Shown: positions 1-6,345 of the stretch, one piece after another
Position numbering within the stretch: position 1 is the stretch's first letter
How the letters are laid out: each line of letters begins with the position of its first letter
DNA from: Candidatus Fervidifonticultor quintus
Lineage (GTDB): Bacteria; Sysuimicrobiota; Sysuimicrobiia; Sysuimicrobiales; Humicultoraceae
Length of the DNA stretch: 12,634 bases
Direction: 5' to 3'
Assembly: GCA_031459535.1 (NCBI GenBank)
Contig: JAVKIJ010000084.1
Location: 1-12,634 of the forward strand
The notes under the pieces: model-generated
What the model was told of the DNA's origin: nothing
Database searches by the model: none
Seen by the model: the letters and a program-made list of their open reading frames with translations, nothing else
Position numbers and translations under genes: made by a program

Positions 1-316
1 GCATCGTCTCGTCCAGGGTGCCGTACCACGGTCGATCGCGCAGGGATCGGGCCGGAGACTTGGCCAGGACCCTGGCACTGCGACGCTCTACCAGCGCCGC
101 CAGGTTGTCCACCCGTGGGACCTCGCGCTGGATGAGCGCGCGGAGGTCCGCTTCCTGGAAGCGCCGGTGCCCGCCGGGCGTGCGGAACGTGCGGATCTTG
201 CCGGTGTCGGCCCAGTGGCGCAGGGTCGCTTCGTCGACGCCCAGCCTGGATGCGGCGTCGCCCAGGGACAGCCACCGTCCCGAACGGCCTCTGCTTCCCG
301 ACAATCCCGCGGACAT
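1..316 (-). CDS. BldC/excisionase-like helix-turn-helix (HTH_17, MerR-like) DNA-binding protein with additional C-terminal region; partial, runs off the window
   Basis: Manual minus-strand translation from ATG at 316: MSAGLSGSRGRSGRWLSLGDAASRLGVDEATLRHWADTGKIRTFRTPGGHRRFQEADLRALIQREVPRVDNLAALVERRSARVLAKSPARSLRDRPWYGTLDETM... The W-L-S-L..AA..LGV...TLR.WAD.GKI...RTPGGHRRF pattern is the BldC/HTH_17 signature. No stop codon before the window edge, which probably explains its absence from the ORF track. Confidence 0.9.
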   Translation of the reverse strand, partial: MSAGLSGSRGRSGRWLSLGDAASRLGVDEATLRHWADTGKIRTFRTPGGHRRFQEADLRALIQREVPRVDNLAALVERRSARVLAKSPARSLRDRPWYGTLDETM

Positions 317-517
317 GATTCCTGGTAATTCTGCAAAATTCTCAATACCCTGCTAAAGCCGATAACAAGTTCTATCATGGGCGCGGAATCCCTTCCCGGC
401 CATCGGGCGGGGAACCGATTTGCAGTCACCTGGGTGAAGGTGTGAACTGGTTACACGAAGTTATGTAGTTACCACGCGGAGTGTGGGGAGGAGGCAGCAT
501 CAGTATGTCGCGGGGGG
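317..517. promoter_or_regulatory. AT-enriched divergent promoter/operator region between the HTH gene and the TAXI-TRAP operon
   Basis: Non-coding and visibly more AT-rich than the flanking genes. Contains phased repeats GATTCC/AATTCT/AATTCT (317, 327, 337), inverted repeats TCACC-TG-GGTGA (426-437) and GTGTGA-N5-TTACAC (440-456), and a GGAGGAGG SD at 487-494. Confidence 0.65.
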
Positions 518-1519
518 ATGAGAGCGATGAGGGGCATCAAGACAGCCAGCGTTGAAGTCCTGTTGGCGGTGGTGCTCACGGCCACGATGGCCCAGGGCCA
601 GCCCAGAACAGGGTGGCCCAGGAGCGTGACCATTGGATCAGCGTCCATCGGGGGGGTCTATCACGTCATCGCCGGTGGCTATGCGCGGGTGATTGGTGAG
701 AAGATGGGGCTGTCGGCCACCAACCGCGTCACCGGCGGCCCGGTGCAGAACATCCAGCTCGTGCAGGCCAAGGAGATTGAACTCGGCCTCACGACCACCG
801 GTCCGGCCTACGAGGCCCTCAACGGCATCGGGGAGTTCCGGGGTCGGAAGCTAGACGCGATTCGTGTCGTCTTCCCCATGTACACGTCCTACGCACACTG
901 GATGGTGAGCGCCGATTCGCCCGTTCGCTCGGTGGCCGACCTGACCGGTCGGGTAGTGAGTCTGGGGCCCCGCGGCGGATCAGCCGAGTTCGTGGGAGAC
1001 CGCGTGCTGGAACTCTTCAACGTGAAGCCTCGGAGGGTCGTGTACCTCGGGTTCGCAGACGGTGCCACCGCCATGCGTGACGGCACCGTAGACGCCAATT
1101 TCGGCGTCATCGGCATTCCGGTCCCGGCGTGGGTCGAAGCGGCACTCACCCGGCCGGCCCGGTTCTTCGGGTTCACCCGCGAGCAGATCGAAACCCTCAC
1201 CAGCAAGTTCCCCTATCTGGCGCGCACGGTCATCCGGGCCGGAGTCTACCGCGGGCAGGACGAGGTCATTCCCACAGTTCAGATGTGGAACGCCGCCGTG
1301 GTGCACAAGGACATGCCCGAGGACTTCGTCTACGAACTGGTGAAGACCATCTTCGCCAACAGGGATTTCCTGGCCACGGTGCACCCCACGGCCAACGAAA
1401 CGCTGCCGGTGAACGTCTTCTACGTCAAGCTGCCGTTCCACCCGGGCGCTGTCCGGTACTTTCGTGAACAGAACGTCAAGCTGACCGATGAGCAGATCCC
1501 GCCGGAGATGAAGCGTTGA
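518..1519 (+). CDS. TAXI-family TRAP transporter solute-binding protein
   Basis: Signal peptide (MRAMRGIK...VLLAVVLTATMAQG) and TAXI motifs TIGSASIGGVYH, TGGPVQNIQL, VSLGPRGG, AMRDGTVDA, VYELVKTIF, LPFHPGAVRYF. The start could be 518 or 527. Confidence 0.93.
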   Translation: MRAMRGIKTASVEVLLAVVLTATMAQGQPRTGWPRSVTIGSASIGGVYHVIAGGYARVIGEKMGLSATNRVTGGPVQNIQLVQAKEIELGLTTTGPAYEALNGIGEFRGRKLDAIRVVFPMYTSYAHWMVSADSPVRSVADLTGRVVSLGPRGGSAEFVGDRVLELFNVKPRRVVYLGFADGATAMRDGTVDANFGVIGIPVPAWVEAALTRPARFFGFTREQIETLTSKFPYLARTVIRAGVYRGQDEVIPTVQMWNAAVVHKDMPEDFVYELVKTIFANRDFLATVHPTANETLPVNVFYVKLPFHPGAVRYFREQNVKLTDEQIPPEMKR

Positions 1520-1568
1520 CCCCGTCGCAGTCCCATTCGGCATCGTGGCCCGCGAGGAGGCAGATGCG

Positions 1569-3524
1569 GTGACCGATCCCCCGACAGGCCTGCCCGTGGA
1601 CGCGACCCGGCTCGGTGAGACGGCGGAGATCGCGGCCCGGCCGCTTGAGGGCGTGCTGCTGCTCCTGGTGCGGGCGCTGGGCGTCGCGATGGCCGTCTAT
1701 CATATCCTGCAGCTCGGCGGATTCTTCGGCATCGTCACCGATCCCCAGAAGCTCTACACTGTTCACCTGACGTTCGTCCTGGTCCTGGCGTTCCTGGTCA
1801 TCCCGGGCCGGCGCGGATCGCTGTGGCCCGGCGTGGTGGACTGGCTGCTGATTGCCAGTGCGCTGGTAGTGGCCGTCTACGTCTTCGCCACCTTCAAGGA
1901 GCTGACCGGTCGCGCTGGGGTGTTCCCCACGCGCGCAGACGTGGTAGTGGGCACGCTGCTCGTGATCGCCGTGGTCGAGGGCGTCCGGCGGTCGACGGGG
2001 CTGGCGCTGCCCATTGTGTGCGCGGTCTTCGTGGTATACGTCTTCGCCGGGCCCTACCTGCCGGGTTTGTTGGGCCACAAGGGGTTCTCGTACAGCTCGC
2101 TGATTTCGTTCCTGTTCAGCGACAATGGCATCTATGGCGTGCCCATCGGTGTCTCGGCCCGATACGTCTATCTGTTCATCCTCTTCGGGGCGTTCATCGA
2201 AGCGTCGGGCATCGGCAAGTTCATCGTCAACCTGGGATTGAGCCTGGCCGGTAGCCGTCGCGGTGGTCCCGCCAAGGTGTCCATCATTACCAGTGCACTC
2301 TTCGGGACGGCCAGCGGGTCCTCGGTCGCCAACGTCATGGTGGACGGGGTCATCAACATCCCCCTGATGAAAGCCACGGGGTTCAAACCCACGGTCGCAG
2401 GAGGCGTCGAGGCCATGAATAGCACCGGGGGGCAGATCGTGCCGCCCGTGATGGGCGCAGCCGCCTTCCTGATGGCCGACATCATCGGCGTGCCGTACTC
2501 GACCATCGCGGTGGCGGCGGCGGGCCCTGCTCTCCTCTATTACGTGGCTGCCTACTGGATGATCGACCTGTATGCGGCGTCGTCACACCTGGTGGGCCTG
2601 CCGCGAGAGCAGCTGCCTCGGTTTGTGGCAATCATGCGGCAGCACGGTTATCTCCTGCTGCCCCTGGTGGTGTTGCTCTACATGGTGATGGTGGCCGCCG
2701 CCTCACCGTTTCGAGCTGCGCTGGCGGCGCTGGCGGTGACCCTGGTGCTGTCGTGGCTGCGGGCCGACACCCGGATGACGTTGCGGAAGATCGTGGCGGC
2801 CATGGAGGATGGCGCCAGGCGGACCATCGAGATCGGCGCCACCTGCGCGGCGGCCGGCATCATCGTCGGCGTGCTGTCGCTGACCGGCCTGGGCGGTAAG
2901 TTCTCCGAGCTGCTTATCGACTTGGCGGGCGCGCGCCTCCTGCCGGCGCTGGTCGCCACGATGATCGTCGCCATCGTATTGGGCATGGGCATGCCGACCA
3001 CCGCCGCGTATGCCATCGGCGCCAGCGTGCTGGCGCCGGCGCTGATCAAGCTGGGCGTGGCGCCCCTTGGGGCGCACATGTTCCTGTTCTACTTTGCCGT
3101 CATCTCGGCGGTGACACCACCGGTGGCGCTGGCGGCGTTCGCCGCGGCCAGCATCGCCAAGGCGCCCATGTGGCCCACGGGCATCCAGGCCACCAGGCTC
3201 TCCATCGCCGGCTTCATCATCCCGTACATGTTCGTCTACGGCCACGCGTTGTTGCTCGGCCAGGCCCCGTGGTGGCACTCGGTCCAGGCGCTGGTGACCG
3301 GCACAGTGGGGACCATGTGCCTGGCAGGCGCGGTCATTGGGTATCTCCTCAGACCCGCCACGTGGCTGGAGCGGGCGGTGCTACTCGCCGCCGCCCTGCT
3401 GCTCATTGATCCGGGGCTGGTCACAGATCTCATGGGGCTGGCCGTCCTGGGACTGGGCGCGGCGTTGCAGCGCTTTCGGCCCGCAGGTCGCGCCGCCCCC
3501 GCCACGGCGGACGCGAAGTCGTAA
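1569..3524 (+). CDS. TRAP transporter fused 4TM/12TM permease (DctQM-type fusion, TAXI-associated)
   Basis: Highly hydrophobic, with motifs GIYGVPIGVSA, LFILFGAF, GGPAKV, GSSVANV, STGGQIVPPVMGAAAFLMA, LGMGMPTTAAY, AHMFLFYF, VTPPVALAAFAAA. GTG at 1569 follows GAGGAGG (1554-1560), so it is preferred over the ORF-track start at 1545. Confidence 0.94.
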   Translation: MTDPPTGLPVDATRLGETAEIAARPLEGVLLLLVRALGVAMAVYHILQLGGFFGIVTDPQKLYTVHLTFVLVLAFLVIPGRRGSLWPGVVDWLLIASALVVAVYVFATFKELTGRAGVFPTRADVVVGTLLVIAVVEGVRRSTGLALPIVCAVFVVYVFAGPYLPGLLGHKGFSYSSLISFLFSDNGIYGVPIGVSARYVYLFILFGAFIEASGIGKFIVNLGLSLAGSRRGGPAKVSIITSALFGTASGSSVANVMVDGVINIPLMKATGFKPTVAGGVEAMNSTGGQIVPPVMGAAAFLMADIIGVPYSTIAVAAAGPALLYYVAAYWMIDLYAASSHLVGLPREQLPRFVAIMRQHGYLLLPLVVLLYMVMVAAASPFRAALAALAVTLVLSWLRADTRMTLRKIVAAMEDGARRTIEIGATCAAAGIIVGVLSLTGLGGKFSELLIDLAGARLLPALVATMIVAIVLGMGMPTTAAYAIGASVLAPALIKLGVAPLGAHMFLFYFAVISAVTPPVALAAFAAASIAKAPMWPTGIQATRLSIAGFIIPYMFVYGHALLLGQAPWWHSVQALVTGTVGTMCLAGAVIGYLLRPATWLERAVLLAAALLLIDPGLVTDLMGLAVLGLGAALQRFRPAGRAAPATADAKS

Positions 3525-3613
3525 CCTCCCCGAACTCCACGTCGCCTCCCACAGCCCCCGCATCTTCGGCCCCGGTGTGCCGATTCCCAAGAGGGGGTCA
3601 CTGCAGCGCCGCC

Positions 3614-5134
3614 ATGCTGGCCACCGTGATGAGCGCCACGCCCGTGGGCCTCGACGGCCTGCCGGTCTCGGTCGAAGTAGATGTGGGACCGGGCCTGCCG
3701 TCCTTCTCGATCGTGGGGCTGCCCGACGCCGCCGTGCAGGAGGCCCGCGAGCGCGTGCGATCCGCGATTCGCAACTCGGGGTTCGACCTGCCACCCCGGC
3801 GGATGGTGGTCAATCTGGCCCCCGGCGATCGGCGCAAGGTGGGGCCGGCGTTCGACCTGCCGATGGCGCTGGCGCTGCTGGTGGCCACGGGCCAGTTGGA
3901 CCGCAGCCGTGTGGCCGGCTACCTCGCGCTGGGCGAGCTGGCGCTCGACGGCTCGTTACGCTCGGTGCCGGGCGCCATTGTCGCGGCCCAGGCTGCGCGG
4001 GCCCTGGGCGGCCGCGGGCTGCTGGTGCCCGCTGGCAACGCCCAGGAGGCCGCCATTATCGAGGAGGTGTCGGTGTATGCCGTGGGGACACTGCGCGCAG
4101 CGGTCGAGCACCTGGCGGGACGTCACCCGATCGCGTCCGTGTCGGCGGCGTCGGTGCCGCCGCCCGAGCCTCCGCCATCGCCGGACCTGGCTGATGTGCG
4201 CGGCCAGCGCGCCGCCAGGCGGGCGCTGGAGATCGCCGCAGCCGGAGGGCTCAACCTGTTGCTGGTCGGTCCGCCGGGGGTCGGCAAGACGATGCTGGCC
4301 CGCCGGTTCGCGACGCTGCTGCCACGACTGTCGCGGGCCGAGGCGGTGGAGGTGACCAAGATCTACAGCGTCGCCGGCCAGCTCCCTGAGGGGAGCGGGC
4401 TGATCTGGCAACGCCCATTCCGCGCCCCGCATCACACAGCCACCACGTCCGCGATCATCGGCGGGGCAGGCCTGCGGCCCGGCGAGATCACCCTGGCGCA
4501 CCGCGGTGTGCTCTTCCTCGACGAGCTGTCGGAGTTCCGTCATGACACGCTCGAGGCACTCCGGCAGCCCCTCGAGGATGGGAACGTGGTCATTGCTCGA
4601 TCGGCCGGCGCCGTGCGCTATCCGGCTCTGTTCGCGTTGGTGGCGGCGATGAATCCCTGCCCGTGCGGGTACCGCGGCGATCCCCGCCGGGAGTGTCTCT
4701 GTACACCTTCGCAGGTCCAACGCTACCTGGCGCGGCTGTCGGGCCCGCTGCTGGATCGCATCGACCTGCACGTGGAGGTGCCGCGCCCGCCGACAGGCGA
4801 CGTGCTCGAAGGGCCACCGGGGGAGCCGTCGGGCCTGGTGAGGGCGCGCGTGGCCGACGCGCGGGCGAGGGCGGCGGCACGGCTGGCCGCCCAGGCAGCG
4901 CGCGGCGACGCCGCCGGCCGGACCATGGATCTCCGGTGGGCCGACCGCCAGGCGATGGCGTTCCTGTCTGCGGCCGCTGACCGTCTACTGCTTGGCGTGC
5001 GCGCCACCGAGCGCGTGCTGCACATCGCCCGGACCATCGCCGACCTCGAAGGTGCCGACCGCGTGCAGTCCCACCACATCGCCGAGGCGCTGCACTACCG
5101 TGTCCTCGACCGGCACGGAGGCACGGCGACTTGA
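3614..5134 (+). CDS. comM: YifB/ComM family Mg-chelatase-like AAA+ ATPase (competence branch-migration helicase)
   Basis: N-terminal VEVD..PGLPSFSIVGLPDAAVQEARERVRSA, VNLAP.D.RK...FDLP, Walker A GPPGVGKT, RPFRAPHH, Walker B VLFLDE, AAMNPCPCG...CLC, LSGPLLDRID, ARTIADL. ATG 3614 (MLATV...) fits the usual family N-terminus; the ORF track starts at 3575. Confidence 0.95.
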   Translation: MLATVMSATPVGLDGLPVSVEVDVGPGLPSFSIVGLPDAAVQEARERVRSAIRNSGFDLPPRRMVVNLAPGDRRKVGPAFDLPMALALLVATGQLDRSRVAGYLALGELALDGSLRSVPGAIVAAQAARALGGRGLLVPAGNAQEAAIIEEVSVYAVGTLRAAVEHLAGRHPIASVSAASVPPPEPPPSPDLADVRGQRAARRALEIAAAGGLNLLLVGPPGVGKTMLARRFATLLPRLSRAEAVEVTKIYSVAGQLPEGSGLIWQRPFRAPHHTATTSAIIGGAGLRPGEITLAHRGVLFLDELSEFRHDTLEALRQPLEDGNVVIARSAGAVRYPALFALVAAMNPCPCGYRGDPRRECLCTPSQVQRYLARLSGPLLDRIDLHVEVPRPPTGDVLEGPPGEPSGLVRARVADARARAAARLAAQAARGDAAGRTMDLRWADRQAMAFLSAAADRLLLGVRATERVLHIARTIADLEGADRVQSHHIAEALHYRVLDRHGGTAT

Positions 5135-5157
5135 CGGCCTGTGCTAACGTATAGGAT
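5131..5157 (+). promoter_or_regulatory. Candidate internal sigma-70-type promoter for dprA
   Basis: TTGACG (5131-5136), extended -10-like TG-C-TAACGT (5142-5150) and TAGGAT (5152-5157), all in a short AT-rich patch at the comM stop codon. Confidence 0.45.
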
Positions 5158-6328
5158 GAACTTTCGGGCCTCCTGCGGATCGGCGCCGCCGTCGACGGCC
5201 GAGGCAGAGGTTGTGGCCAGCGTCGGGCTCGGCATGCTACCCGGCATCGGTCCGCGGACGATCCTGCGGTGGCTCGAGCGGGCCGGATCAGCCGCTGCGG
5301 CCTGGCGCATGTTGCCGGCGCTGGTCGCTGGCCATGCTCACGCCGCTGAGGTGATTGCCGCGCAGCGGGCGCTGGCGCCAGAGGCGATCGTCGCCCGGGC
5401 GCGTGCGCGGGGCATGACGGTGCTGGCGTTGGGCGCCCCGCACTATCCGGCGCGGCTGCGGGCAATCGCCGATCCGCCGCCGGCGCTGTTCGTCTGCGGG
5501 CGGCTCGTCGATGACGAGCCCGCGGTGGCCGTGGTCGGCGCACGGCGGGCGACGCCGTACGGCCGGACGGCGGCGGCGCGGCTGGCCGCGGACCTGGCGT
5601 CTGCCGGCGTCTGTATTGTCAGCGGGCTGGCGCGCGGGATCGATGCCACGGCGCACCAGGCAGCGCTCGATGCCGGGGGGCGGACCATCGCTGTGCTCGG
5701 AAGCGGACTCGACGTGGTCTACCCTCGCGAGCACCGGCGGCTGGCCGCGGCCATTGCCGCCAGCGGCGCGCTGGTGAGCGAGTTTGCACCCCAGACACCG
5801 CCGCTGCCGGGACACTTTCCCCGGCGCAATCGGCTGATCAGCGGCCTGGTCGCCGCGGTCGTGGTGGTGGAAGGCGCTGAGGACAGCGGGACGCTGGTGA
5901 CCGTGGATTACGCGCTGGACCAAGGTCGTGAGGTCTTTGCCGTGCCTGGCAGCATCTTCAGCCCAAAGAGTCGCGCGCCGCACCACCTGCTGCGACAGGG
6001 GGCGCGGCTCGCGGAGACCGCTGCGGACATCCTGCAGGAGCTGGGTGCACAGTGGCGTCCGGACAACTCCCGGCGGGACCCGGCCTCGGAGCGATCGGAG
6101 GGACCGGGAGGAGGCACCGCCGAGTCGCCCGCGGCGCGCGGCCTGGAGGCGGACGCCCGCCGCCTGCTGACCCTGCTCGCCGGTGGTCCGCTGTCGCTCG
6201 ACGGCCTCGTCGGGGAGACCGGTTTGTCCGCGTCCCGGGTCGCGGCGCTGGTCAGCATGCTCGAGGTGAGAGGTCTGGTGTCAACCCTTCCCGGGCAGAT
6301 GGTCCTGCGAACAACCCGGAAGGTGTAG
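5156..6328 (+). CDS. dprA: DNA-processing protein DprA (Smf)
   Basis: LPGIGP N-terminal motif, YPARLRAIADPPPALF, VAVVGARRATPYG, IVSGLARGIDATAHQAAL, FPRRNRLISGL, QGREVFAVPGSI, and a C-terminal winged-helix-like segment (LVSMLEVRGLV). The start is uncertain (GTG 5141, ATG 5156 or later). Confidence 0.95.
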   Translation: MNFRASCGSAPPSTAEAEVVASVGLGMLPGIGPRTILRWLERAGSAAAAWRMLPALVAGHAHAAEVIAAQRALAPEAIVARARARGMTVLALGAPHYPARLRAIADPPPALFVCGRLVDDEPAVAVVGARRATPYGRTAAARLAADLASAGVCIVSGLARGIDATAHQAALDAGGRTIAVLGSGLDVVYPREHRRLAAAIAASGALVSEFAPQTPPLPGHFPRRNRLISGLVAAVVVVEGAEDSGTLVTVDYALDQGREVFAVPGSIFSPKSRAPHHLLRQGARLAETAADILQELGAQWRPDNSRRDPASERSEGPGGGTAESPAARGLEADARRLLTLLAGGPLSLDGLVGETGLSASRVAALVSMLEVRGLVSTLPGQMVLRTTRKV

Positions 6329-6345
6329 GAGACCGGAGGGACCCC

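Noticed and set aside
18..356. + strand 112-aa ORF (and the 88..429 minus-strand ORF)
   Set aside because: These are shadows of the real minus-strand HTH gene starting at 316; they have no recognisable motifs.
441..456. CRP or Rex box
   Set aside because: Only the TGTGA(A) half matches; at canonical spacing the right half does not.
452..464. TACACGAAGTTAT, a 12/13 match to one loxP arm
   Set aside because: There is no matching second arm across an 8-bp spacer and no vector or Cre sequence, so it is treated as coincidence.
5139..5147. CIRCE half-site GTGCTAA
   Set aside because: No TTAGCACTC partner at the N9 spacing, and no heat-shock genes nearby.
6052..6345. 98-aa N-terminal extension of TopA in the ORF track
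   Set aside because: It overlaps dprA in another frame and is low-complexity; the SD and conserved N-terminus support GTG 6346.
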